Source: Ranitomeya imitator (lineage: Eukaryota). From it: a stretch of DNA of 64,000 nucleotides. The notes beneath the pieces were generated by a model. It did not search any database. It was not told where the DNA came from and saw nothing but the letters and a program-made list of their open reading frames with translations. This document shows positions 21,601 to 31,715 of this stretch, piece by piece. Made by a program: the position numbers and the translations under genes. The DNA lies in the NCBI RefSeq assembly GCF_032444005.1, contig NC_091290.1:118916001-118980000 (forward strand), read 5' to 3'. How positions within the stretch are numbered: the first letter of the stretch is position 1; each line of letters starts with the position of its first letter.

Positions 21601-24343
21601 GTTTATTAAAACGCCATAAACTGCTCAGGAAAGCAAACCTAACGAAAAGCCGGCACAAAGTGAAAACACAAAGTAAAAAGTCCATACAATATCGCGGGTC
21701 CACCCGCTTAGGATAGTGTCCGGTTTTTTAGGCCTTAGCACAGACCAACACATAGAAGATCCACACATCCCAGACCCAGACACTCGGCTTCCATTTCATC
21801 TGCCAAACCATGCTCCTGGGGTGGAGATACGTGAGCAGTCACTAACATCCATCTCTTGACTGCTCATAAAATACAGCCCTGGAGTGGCTTAATAACTCTC
21901 TCAGCACTATATACTGTATGTGCTGGAGAATGCTTTCCGAGCTCACATCACCGAAGCTACCAACCTCGATGATACATATCTCCCCTCTGTTGTGAATTCT
22001 GTGGCCACGCTCCCTCCTGTGGTCGTGAGTGGTACTGCGGCTGGTTCTGTTTATAAGCTTCCTTTGGTGGATGAGAGTGGTACTGCGGCTTCTGAGTTTC
22101 CTTCCTCAGGTGATGAGGTTAAGTCGTTAGGTGCTGCTCTATTTAACTCCACCTGGTGCTTTGATCCTGGCCTCCAGTCAATGTTCTAGTATTGGTCTTG
22201 CTTCCTCCTGGATCGTTCCTGTGGCCTCTCTATCCTGCATAAGCTAAGTTCTGCTCGTGTTATTTTTGTTTGCTATATTTTCTGTCCAGCTTGCTATATT
22301 GGTTTTTTCTTGCTTGCTGGAAGCTCTGAGACGCAGAGGAAGGTCTTTTTGCCCCTCTGCGTGGTTGTTTGTAGGTTTTTGTGTTGACTGCAAAGCTATC
22401 TTTCCTATCCTTGGTCTATTCAGTAAGTCGGGCCTCACTTTGCTAAATCTATTTCATCTCTGTGTTTGTATTTTCATCTTTACTCACAGTCATTATATGT
22501 GGGGGGCTGCCCTTTCCTTTGGGGAATTTCTCTGAGGCAAGGTAGGCTTATTTTTCTATCTTCAGGGCTAGTTAGTTTCTCAGGCTGTGCCGAGTTGCAT
22601 AGGGAGCGTTAGGCGCAATCCACGGCTACCTCTAGTGTGGTGTGTTAGGATTAGGGATTGCGGTCAGCAGAGTTTCCACGTCTCAGAGCTTATCTTATGT
22701 TTTTGGTAAATGTCAGGTCACCTTGTGTGCTCTGAACTTCAAGGTCCATTGTGGTTCTGAATTACCTGTTCATAACACCCCTCAAGGACCCATCAGACGT
22801 CCATCTTACAATAGTTACTAAACAACATAGAGTCACGAATTCCTTAGATTTACAGTACTTTTAATAATATCATAATTAACCAGAAATAAACCCGTCACAC
22901 GTTCATTTTTTTCAGCGTATCACTACCATCTTACCTTTTTTATGTCATCTTGGGGTGACCCTCCTATCTCCTTGGAGTGTCCTCTACTTGATAGGACCCT
23001 CTTCACTGCTCCATGAAACCCCTTCCACAAGGATGTGGTCCTTCATATGCGACTTCCCAAACTCTCCGCCTTTCTCTTCTGAACCCTGCTTGGGTCTTTT
23101 TGACCCTTTTCGGATTCTGGCTATGTGTTCCCCCCAAGATGCTATTTTTGCTCTGTTTTTGACAGAACTGTTGAAAGGTTTTGAGACCAACATTGGCTAC
23201 ACACTCCAATAATAACGACAACCTGATTATCCCCGTAATATGCATACAAAGGATCATAATGTCATATCTTCCCTTAGCTAGGAGTTTTTATGACATCTTG
23301 ATAATCCTTTGTTGGCCAAGACGTTCCAATCCAACAAAATGCAAAGCAAGCGGCCAGGTGATATTATCCCCAATGTAAGCAAACCAAAAAACCAAACGAA
23401 CCCAAAAAAATACTTCTGCTCTGACGTTACTCTTATGTGTATCCTGAGTAAAGACCCCATACACATTAGACTAGATGATTTCGACAGGTTCAGCCATCGG
23501 TTTGATGTGTATGGAGGCTCTTTATAGATGCTAGCCAGGGGAGATATGGTTTCGGCAAGTCCAATTGTTCTCTAGTGTCAGATCCTCTAATCTAAATGCT
23601 CATTATAAGATGGCATGCAATGAGTGCAATGTAAAATACAAAAAGCATAACCAAGCTCGCAACATGGTCTAGATCTTGGAGGCAGTTGGCCATATTGCCT
23701 ATTCTGGAATTTTGCCCCATTCCCAGTGTTCTCTCATCGAATTACTCTTTTGGCTCCTTTCCGTCTTTTATTTACAGGTATATTCTGCTGCGTTTGCCTT
23801 GCGGTCATGGTGTTCAGTACGATTGGTTCTATTGCAACCTCTTACATGCTAATGTTGTCTGAATCTCAGCCAAGCGTTCCAGCATGGATAAAAATCTGGA
23901 TCATGAGACATTTGGCCCGTGTTCTGCGTTTCAAAGTAAAGCCCCATAAAAAAGATGAGGTTCCTATTGCAGGTGAAGGAAATGGTGAGTACGGATTCAT
24001 GGGATGGTTACAGCCATCAGATGTTTCTAGCTCTTTACCATCTACAGCTGCTGCTTTCTTCCTAGATGGAGCTTATAATGGAAAGAAATGCGAGAAGATA
24101 GCTGAACTCCAGGAGAAGAAGGATCTACAAAAGGGAAAAGTTTCGCAAGAAGTAAAACTGCTAAAAAGGCTGCTGGCAGAAATTCTACACATTCATCAGG
24201 AGCTTACCCTATCTAAGGAGAAGGAGGATGCCAAGTCAGACTGGTGCACTGCTGCCCTGATTGTGGACAGGCTTGTCTTCCTACTCTACCTCTTCATCAT
24301 CATTGTCATGTTCACCGTGGTCCTCAGTGTCTGGCTTACATGA
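3578..24343 (+). CDS. 5-HT3 receptor-like (HTR3A-like/ZAC-related) Cys-loop ligand-gated cation channel subunit, 9 exons, 461 aa
   Basis: join(3578-3623,4477-4634,8544-8588,9425-9534,11542-11714,14700-14860,20711-20918,23778-23984,24066-24343) = 1386 nt, in frame, all GT-AG. Shows a signal peptide, VRPVKNW, LWLPD, Cys-loop [15 protein letters not shown], M2 GERLGFKITLVLGFSV, and M4. The 45- and 110-nt exons match HTR3 gene structure. Orthology to HTR3A itself is not supported. Confidence 0.93.
4477..4634 (+). CDS. 5-HT3-like channel exon 2
   Basis: tcctag|GT ACA...ATG|gtaaga; TSSSETICSFYDLAQN...VRPVKNWKTPTTVYIDLSLYTVISM. Confidence 0.93.
4988..5524. mobile_element. Tc2/pogo-like MITE with TA target-site duplication
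   Basis: TA|CTGTATTTTCTGGCGTATAAGAC ... GTCTTATACGCCGGAAAATAGGG|TA; repeated subterminal GTCGTCTTATA motifs; non-coding. Confidence 0.8.
6173..7666. mobile_element. Kolobok/T2-type palindromic MITE interrupted by a ~1.26 kb piggyBac-like non-autonomous element (~6289-7550)
   Basis: TTAA|AGGGAACCTGTCAGCAGG...CCTGCTGACAGGTTATAT|TTAA; arms of about 110 bp are reverse complements; the insert ends GAAGGGA|TTAA at the palindrome centre. Confidence 0.75.
8544..8588 (+). CDS. 5-HT3-like channel exon 3 (45 nt, loop D)
   Basis: tgttag|GAT...ATG|gtaaga; DTSLQSLTTYIWFIM. Confidence 0.92.
9425..9534 (+). CDS. 5-HT3-like channel exon 4 (110 nt, loop A)
   Basis: tttag|GAA...AT|gtaagt; EWKNEFMNWTPEEFCGIEKIVSPGQNLWLPDLYIYE. 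Confidence 0.94.
10100..11375 (+). mobile_element. Degenerate Tc1 transposase 3' fragment split by an LTR-like insert (~10466-11295)
   Basis: LIGSKFILQQNNNAKH (QQDNDPKH-like) lies before the insert and PRR.DAV..K.GG.TKY-like sequence after it. The insert starts TG and has internal repeats; its right boundary is approximate. Confidence 0.65.
11542..11714 (+). CDS. 5-HT3-like channel exon 5 (Cys-loop)
   Basis: atacag|G ACT...TCA G|gtacgt; ...[34 protein letters not shown]. Confidence 0.95.
11930..13015 (-). mobile_element. Degenerate Tc1-like transposon
   Basis: ORFs 12452-12952 (RTPLLTQRHKKARLQFAK...LTDKIKIELFG) and 12274-12489 (WVFQQDIGPKHTS) are frameshifted; a TIR-like sequence is near 11930. 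Confidence 0.85.
13528..14325. repeat. Old, diverged long inverted repeat (arms ~13528-13865 and ~14020-14325), probable MITE
   Basis: For example CACTATGAGGTGGATGAAC vs GTTCATCCACCTCATAGTG, and AAAATAAACATGCATT vs AATGCATGTTTATTTT. Confidence 0.7.
14700..14860 (+). CDS. 5-HT3-like channel exon 6 (loops F/C)
   Basis: gtatag|TC AAA...CAG|gtgaca; VKDIIMLPK...SKGDWTLLDV...EYSQVIFQ. Confidence 0.93.
15747..19083. mobile_element. piggyBac-like non-autonomous DNA transposon (~3.3 kb)
   Basis: Starts TTAA|CCCCTT with a degenerate right end before TTAA at 19084; internal ~400-bp subrepeats; homologous to 30284-33784; no transposase ORF. Confidence 0.65.
17101..17365 (+). repeat. Degenerate telomere-like (TTAGGG/CTAGGG/TTGGGG) array
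   Basis: Directly visible GGGTTAGGGCTAGGG-type units inside the piggyBac-like element. Confidence 0.9.
20189..20605 (+). repeat. ~190-bp tandem direct duplication in intron 6 of the channel gene
   Basis: ACTC.CCCCCACTTAATA.CCAGCTATGACA...CTAACTAATGGAAATTTTTCAGG occurs at about 20189-20375 and 20412-20605. Confidence 0.85.
20711..20918 (+). CDS. 5-HT3-like channel exon 7 (M1-M2)
   Basis: ctttcag|ATT...CTA G|gtaagt; ITIKRAPVVYIINLIIPSCFLVILD...GERLGFKITLVLGFSVLLLILNDMLP. Confidence 0.95.
21988..22777 (+). mobile_element. Solo LTR (790 bp) of the same Gypsy family as 1087-1834
   Basis: TGTTGTGAA...TTCATAACA inverted termini, flanked on both sides by CCCCTC. Confidence 0.88.
23778..23984 (+). 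CDS. 5-HT3-like channel exon 8 (M3, MX)
   Basis: tttacag|GT ATA...AAT G|gtgagt; GIFCCVCLAVMVFST...VPAWIKIWIMRHLARVL. Confidence 0.9.
24066..24343 (+). CDS. 5-HT3-like channel exon 9 (MA helix, M4, stop)
   Basis: cttcctag|AT GGA...; ...KSDWCTAALIVDRLVFLLYLFIIIVMFTVVLSVWLT*, TGA at 24341-24343. The preceding 81-nt intron is in frame, so the exact acceptor is less certain. Confidence 0.88.
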
Positions 24344-25697
24344 TCTATTCTAACCAAACCTCAATATTACCTGTACCGAATGCAACCTCTGAGAGATGTG
24401 GCTGTTTTTACACTATGTGTAACTTTATACTATACTACTTTTTTCTTGCGTTAAAGCTACAAATGGCAAAGTCTCTTGGAATTATTTCCAGCATCGAAGA
24501 GGAATCACAAGAATATGCTGTTCTGTGTCCACTTCCCAGTTATTCCACGTACAATGGTGCTCCAACGTTCCTGCGTAGAAAAACTGTAGAGGATGCAAAG
24601 CTGAAGCGTCTTCATTCTCAGGATTGGTGGGAATTCTAGAGATTGGACCTACCATGATTATTAAAATTTCATTTTTGCTCCCGTTTACCAGATCCATAAC
24701 TTTTTTATTTTTCTGTCAATATGGCCAAGTGAGGGGCTTTTTTTTTAGCGTACTTTTTTTGTTGTACTTTTGAATGACGCCATTGGTTTTACCACGTCGT
24801 GTACTGGAAAATTGGAAAAAAAATTCCAAGTGTGATGAAATTGCAAAAAAAGTGCAATCCCGCAACTTTTTTTTTTTTTACCATGTTCACGAAATGTTAA
24901 AACTGACCTGCCATTATGATTCTCCAGGTCATTATGAGTCGGTAGATACGTGCGGAGCTGATGTATTTAATGATATCATTTTGGTGTGGATACGATCTTT
25001 TGATCACCAGTTACTGCATTTTAATGTAATGTTGCGGAGACCAAAAAGATGCAATTCTGGCTTTTGACTTTTTTTCGCTGCACAGTTTACCAATCAGATT
25101 AATTCTTTTTATATCAAGACAGATCGGGCCATCCTGAACTCGGCGAAACCAAATACTGTATGTGTTTTTTTTTTTTTTGAATGGGGGGGGTGATTTGAAC
25201 TTTATATTTTTAAATATTTTTTTAAACTTTTTTTTTTTTTTACTTTTGGAATGCTTCAATGGTCTCCAAGGGAGACTAGAAGTTGTGATCTTCTGATCGC
25301 CTCTGCTACATACAGTACATGCGATGATCAGATTGCCTGTGTGTAGCAGAAATGCTCACTTGCTGAAGCGCCGACCGCTGGGCGGTGCTCACAGCAATCC
25401 AGCAATGACAACCACAGGGGGTGCTGCAGACCCCAGGTTGTCATGCCAACCCATTTATGACTCACGGTCATGTGACATGTGACACGGGTGCCGATGGACG
25501 GGATTAGTGACGAACTTTCAATGCGATCACATTAAATGCCGCTGTCAGATTGACAGTGGCATTAAACAGGTTAACAGCGGCGGGTGGATCACGATTACAC
25601 TTGCGGCTGTTAGGGGCACATGTCAGCTGTTCAAAACAGCTGACATGTGCTGGGAAACATGTGGGCTGAGCACCGGATGTGTATGCACACAGTGTCA

Positions 25698-25892
25698 GGC
25701 CGGGATCACACATGCAAGAAATACGTCCGAGTCTCGCATGGTAATACCCGGCACTGCCGCCGTCACTCAGGAGTGGAGCATGCGGCCGCATGTATTGCTA
25801 TGCGGCCGACGCTCAGCTCCTGAGTGACGGCGGCGATGCCGGGTATTACCATGCGAGACTCGGACGTATTTCTCGCATGTGTGATCCCGGCC
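25698..25892. mobile_element. Palindromic PIF/Harbinger-type MITE, 3-bp TSD TCA
   Basis: TCA|GGCCGGGATCACACATGC...GCATGTGTGATCCCGGCC|TCA; almost fully self-complementary. Confidence 0.8.
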
Positions 25893-26000
25893 TCATTGTG
25901 AGTGTGCACACAGTGGATGCATTTCAAAACCTGACCTGCACATCCAAACATAGACTGAGTGTGAACAGGTGCTGAACCCAGAGTCGCCAACTCGTATATA

Positions 26001-26551
26001 GTTAAATAAATAGGGCAGCACACTGCAGCGCCAAAACATGCAAACTTGAAAAAACGAAATTTGAACTGCATTACTGCACTAGAAATATGAAAAAGGAGAG
26101 CTTTTAGCGCACAAAAATGGCCAATTTTATGTGTACCTCGTAGCTACGTTAAGGCATCTCTCCTATACGAGGTCCTACGTTTGACCTACCTCACTGAGAA
26201 TAAACGTCTCCATCTGAATGGGTACACGTGCACTCCCCGCCTCCTAGCTTCAGGTGTTTTAATTATAGTAGGTCCAATACCCCTCCACATAGAGAGAGAA
26301 TTTGAGTCCAAGAAGAGGTTTCACATGTACCCATTCAGATGGAGACGTTTATTCTCAGTGAGGTAGGTCAAACGTAGGACCTCGTATAAGAGAGATGCCT
26401 TAACGTGGCTACGAGGTACACATAAAATTGGCCATTTTTGTGCGCTAAAAGCTCTCATTTTTCATATTTCTAGTGCAGTAATGCAGTTCAAATTTCGTTT
26501 TTTCAAGTTTGCATGTTTTGGCGCTGCAGTGTGCTGCCCTATTTATTTAAC
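26001..26551. repeat. Near-perfect 230-bp inverted repeat (26001-26230 / 26322-26551) with a 91-bp spacer
   Basis: GTTAAATAAATAGGGCAGCACACTGCAGCG... is mirrored by ...CGCTGCAGTGTGCTGCCCTATTTATTTAAC, with only a few mismatches. Confidence 0.92.
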
Positions 26552-28490
26552 TGCACACAGTGGATGGGCACATTCTTCTCCCCGGCTTCTCTGTGCAGTG
26601 CTGCTTGAGATACCGATACCATCAGAAGTGTAGTGTACATCGTCCGCAGAAAGCCATGGGGGAAGATGCACCCACCCAATGTGACCATGCCAGGCAGGGT
26701 TTAGGCAGCGTCTATGCATACAGTCATGGCCAACAGTGTTGGCACCCTTTAAATTGTGCGTTTTTTCCCGTGTGGTTCTATGCACTAAAAACGCAGCAAT
26801 TTTCTGAAATCTCACGCACATGTTGCTTGGTGTTTTTTCATTGCAGATTTGAAGCATATAAATTATCTTTCAGCATTTTTCAACCATTATAATGACTAAG
26901 AATAAAATGCATTATAAAAATGCATAAAAAACACACGTGAAAACTCGGCAAAAATACACTATTTTTTTTTTTTAGCTTTCAACTGCCAAGGCACACTTTT
27001 TTGATGCAGAAATGTCTGCAACAATTTTTTATCGTTGACACATGCCCTTATTATGTGTCCTATACTGTGCCGCCAACATCGGTATTGTCAATTTATACAC
27101 AAATCCACTAGGAGGCGCAAGTGGCAAATAGAAAAGACTTAAATGAGCTTCAACAGGTCCGCTCGAAATCGTCCAAGAAATTAGGTTTGCATCAAATTTT
27201 TCTGCTACAAATTAGTTTCTAAGGTCCCTCCACAGCATAACAAAGGTTAAAAAAAAAATATTAAAAAATGGCACCATGGAAAAAAGTGGTTCTATGTGTG
27301 CGAAATGTGGAGCTGATCGCCAAAGCAGCGGGAACTGTGCGCTCATCCATTAGTCCATGTAATATAGGAAAAAGAAGAAAAGGTTCCACTCATCAGTGCT
27401 GTTGAAAAATTACAAGCTTTATTCAAATATCACATTAAAAACAGGGGTAGAGGTATATTCACAGAATATCACGGACATTTCTGCAACTGATTCATTTATC
27501 TAAAAGGGGCTGGAAGAAATGGCAATAGAAAATATAAAGTGCACTACAAAGTACTTTCTGGTGTATTTATTTTCACACTTTTAATGTGTTCCTAGTCTTC
27601 TCTATGGAAAAAAATGCTTGAAAAGAAAAGCAATGTACTTTTTCTTAAAATACAGCATTTTTTGCTCCTTTCTTTGTTAAAACAAACACTGGCATCAGAT
27701 GTTTGTTAGAAGGCAATGTGAAATTCTGAAACTCCCTACAAACAATTTTTTTTCTGGTACCAATTTTTCACTTGCATTTTATGCTCTTTTATTTTTTTAC
27801 CCACTTTGTGGCATTTTTCCCCATAGACTTCCATTCCTACTTTCTGAATCGTATGCACCATGTGTGAATATAACACTACCCTTACAGCCATCCCATTTAA
27901 CCCCCGAAGCTTTTTTAATTTTCTTGTTTTATTTTTCTCTCCCCTGTTCCCAGAGCCATAATTTTTTTATTTTTCCGTCAATATGGCCAGGTGAGGGCTT
28001 GTTTTTTGCCCTTATTCACATTGACGTAGCTTGATACATGGTAAGGTTTTAATACTAGAGACAGGACAGGACTATCTCAATGGGTTCACCTTGATGTGGG
28101 GGGATGGTAACTAAATATCCTACATTATTTACATGTGCAGTTGCCATTTGGGTATATGCTCATTATTGTTTTTCTTCAGGTTGTGTCTATGAAATGGTAC
28201 AGTGTGAGTGTACTCTTACACATTGCATATATATCAGCTTATAGTCCAGCTGTTTTTTTTTTTTTTTACCGCTATGGGGATATAGCTATTGGGCTTTACT
28301 TTACCTTTATATGATTCCAACTCCATAGAGAGCTGCAGAGAATAAAGCCGATCTGCGTCAGATTTCACAATATTAACTGAATATAATATTAAATATATAT
28401 TTGATTGATAGACCTACTGAGGCTGGTGTACCTTGATTAACCATGTCAGAAGTGTAAATGCAATATGTGAACGTGTAGCACGATTGACAT

Positions 28491-29023
28491 CTCAGTGTTG
28501 TTCCTCCCTGCTGTTGAAATCTCATATTGCTCAGGGCAAGCTGCAACTCTCCCCTGTGTCCTTCCTCCCTGCTGCTGAAATCTCACAGTGGTCAGGGCAA
28601 GCTGCAGCTCTCCTCAGTGTCCTTCCTCCCTGCTGAAATCTCACAGTGGTCAGTGCAAGCTGCAGCTCTCCCCTGTCCTTCCTCCCTGCTGCTGAAATCT
28701 CATACTGTTCAGTGCAAGCTGCAGCTCTCCTCAGTGTCCTTCCTCCCTGCTGCTGAAATCTCACAGTGGTCAGTGCAAGCTGCAGCCCTCCTCAGTGTCC
28801 TTCCTCCCTGCTGAAATCTCATACTGCTCAGTGCAAGCTGCAGCTCTCCCCTGTCCTTCCTCCCTGCTGCTGAAATCTCACACTGCTCAGTGCAAGCTGC
28901 AGCTCTCCTCAGCGTTGTTCCTCCCTGCGGCTGAACTCTCACACTAGCCAGGGCAAGCTGCAGCTCTCCTCAGTGTCCTTCCTCCCTGCTGCTGAAACCT
29001 CACAATGGTGAGGGCAAGCTGCA
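28491..29023 (+). repeat. Minisatellite, ~60-bp unit, ~9 copies
   Basis: Unit approximately CCTCCCTGCTGCTGAAATCTCACAGTGGTCAGTGCAAGCTGCAGCTCTCCTCAGTGTCCTT. Confidence 0.92.
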
Positions 29024-29430
29024 TCTGTCAATCAGGCTGGGTGGGTGGAGTTTGAATACATTTGGGCTCAAACTCTCTCACTGTGTAGCTTGACTAAAAC
29101 AGCTCATTTTAATATCAAGATTATATAGCCATTGCCTCAAGCTTTTCAAAGGAAGTACACCAGCCTCGTTAGGTCCAAGAGACTATATAACATTGCATGC
29201 TGATGGTATTATGAAATTTGATGCAGATCTGTTTATCAGTAGTATATCAGTTCTTATTTAGGCACACTGGGGCCCCCTGGGCTATAGGTACTGTTGTAAT
29301 TGCGCCATGCATGTTTTCCTACATTGGTTGAGGGGTCTCTGTCTTAAACTTCATGAGTGATGAGGGCACAAATCAGGATTACCATTTATCTGACAAAATC
29401 CAGGATTAAAGAGAACAGCATGCACCGTAA

Positions 29431-29792
29431 GGCTATGTGCACACTTTGCAGATTCCACTGCGCATTTTTCCGCAGCGGAATTGCAAAATCCGCAGTGAAA
29501 ACCCATCGCGGTTTTTACTGCGGATTTATTGCGGTTTTTACTGCGTTTTCTTCTGCGGATTTTCAACTGCAGTTTTCTATTGGAGCAGGTGAAAATCCGC
29601 AGAAAAGAAGTGACATGCTGCGGAATGTAATCCGCAGCGTTTCTGCGCGGATTTTTCTGCAGCATGTGCACAGCGTTTTTTGTTTCCCATAGGTTTACAT
29701 TGTAATGTAAACTCATGGGAAACTGCTGCGGATCCGCAGCGGTCAAATCCGCTGCGGATCCGCAGCAAAATCCGCAAAGTGTGAATATAGCC
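29431..29792. mobile_element. PIF/Harbinger-type MITE, TSD TAA
   Basis: TAA|GGCTATGTGCACAC...GTGTGAATATAGCC|TAA; internal AATCCGCAG motifs. Confidence 0.8.
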
Positions 29793-30448
29793 TAATACCG
29801 AAGACTGGGTAAAGATACAACATTGTTCAGAAGTCGGCTAATCTTACATACAGGTAAGCGGTCTGGCTGAGTAATGGCCGGGTCGCAGTGTTCCCTGATA
29901 GAACTTCATTGTCAAACCTTGAAGGTTGATGTAATACTGCTCCATGAAAGATATCTACTTAGTTTAATCTGATCCATTCAGGGTCTGAGGTTTTTCAAGG
30001 CGATGGGACCTTATGGCCCAAGCACGCTAGAGTCCTGGGCATGGCACCAGTATGGCAGTACATGAAGCTGCATGGACTTTATGCCCTGCCATACAGACTT
30101 TATCTGCCTCCATGTACATGGAGTTCATTTTCAGCTATTGGCAATTTTTATAAGGAGAGAATATTCTTATACATACAGTCCAGTTGAGAAAGACTCCCAA
30201 TTTGTTTGGCCATATTAAAGAGGACCTATCACCAGGTGAAAAGTGATCATTTTTTCCCTGTTGCACCCGAATGTTTTTCCTAACCCCTTCCCGACCCATG
30301 ACGCCACGTAGGCGTCATGAAAGTCAGTGCCAATCCGACCCATGACGCCTATGTGGCGTCATGGAAAGATCGTGTCCCTGCAGATCGGGTGAAAGGGTTA
30401 ACTCCCATTTCACCCGATCTGCAGGGACAGGGGGAGTGGTAGTCTAGC

Positions 30449-30482
<34 letters not shown>

Positions 30483-31252
30483 TTAGGAGGGGGGTGGCTT
30501 CACCCCCCCCCTGAGGCTACGATCGCTCTGATTAGCAGTTTCACTTTCAACAGCCAATCAGAGCGATTTCTAATATTTCACCTATTAAAACTGGTGAAAT
30601 ATTACAATCCAACCATGGCCGATGCAGCAATATCATCGGCCATGGCTGGAAACACTAATGTGCCCCCACCCCACCCATCGCCCCCCCAGCCCTCCGATCT
30701 GTCCGGTATACTGCTCCGCTCCCCTCCGTCCTGTGCTCCGCTCCCCCGTGCTCCAATCACCCCCCCGTGCTCCGTTCCACCCCCCGTCTCCGTTCCACCC
30801 CCGTCTCAGTTCCACCCCCCCGTGCTCCGTTCCACCCCCCCGTGCTCCGTTCCACCCCCCCGTGCTCCCTCCCACCCCATCATACTTACCGATCCTGCCG
30901 GGGTCCGTCCGTCTTCTCCCTGGGCGCCGCCATGTTCCAAAATGGCGGGCGCATGCGCAGTGCGCCCGCCGAATCTGCCGGCCGGCAGATTCGTTCCAAA
31001 GTGCATTTTGATCACTGAGATATAATCTATCACAGTGATCAAAATAAAAAAAAAATAATAAATGAAGTTGTAAAACCGCTGCGGAATCCGCACAAAGAAG
31101 TGACATGCTGCGGAATGTAAACCGCTGCGTTTCCGTGCAGTTTTTCTGCAGCATGTGTACAGCGATTTTTGTTTCCCATAGGTTTACATTGAACTGTAAA
31201 CTCATGGGAAACTGCTGCGGATCCGCAGCGTGTGCACATACCTTTAGAATTA

Positions 31253-31599
31253 GGCTATGTGCACACCGTGCGGATTGGCCGCTGCGGATTCGCAGCAGTG
31301 TTCCATCAGGTTTACAGTACCACGTAAACCTATGGAAAACCAAATCCGCTGTGCCCATGGTGCGGAAAATACCGCGCGGAAACGCTGCGTTGTATTTTCC
31401 GCAACATGTCAATTCTTTGTGCGGATTCCGCAGCGTTTTACACCTGTTCCTCAATAGGAATCCGCAGGTGAAATCCGCACAAAAAAACACTGGAAATCCG
31501 CGGAAAATCCGCAGGTAAAACGCAGTGCCTTTTACCCGCGGATTTTTCAAAAATGGTGCTGAAAAATCTCATACGAATCCGCAACGTTGGCACATAGCC
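31253..31599. mobile_element. PIF/Harbinger-type MITE, TSD TTA
   Basis: TTA|GGCTATGTGCACAC...GGCACATAGCC|TTA, inserted at the start of a TTAGGG array. Confidence 0.8.
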
Positions 31600-31715
31600 T
31601 TAGGGTTAGGGTTGGAATTAGGGTTGTGGCTAGGGTTAGGGGTGTGTTGCGGTTAGGGTTGTGATTAGGGTTATGGCTACAGTTGGGATTAGGGTTAGGG
31701 GTGTGGGGGGGTTAG
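31600..31715 (+). repeat. Degenerate telomere-like array
   Basis: TTAGGGTTAGGGTTGGAATTAGGGTTGTGGCTAGGGTTAGGGG... Confidence 0.88.

Noticed and set aside
23726-24343. 205-aa ORF as a stand-alone gene
   Set aside because: It is exon 8, the in-frame intron and exon 9 of the channel; the ORF start lies in intronic sequence.
3578-24343. Calling the channel HTR3A, ZACN or a nicotinic subunit linked to alkaloid resistance
   Set aside because: Binding residues differ from HTR3A, the loop B region is unlike ZAC as I recall it, there is no vicinal Cys pair of nAChR alpha subunits, and the species is not established from sequence alone.
30633-31550. 305-aa minus-strand ORF, the longest in the track
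   Set aside because: It runs across MITEs and a GC-rich repeat, is low complexity, and has no recognisable domain.
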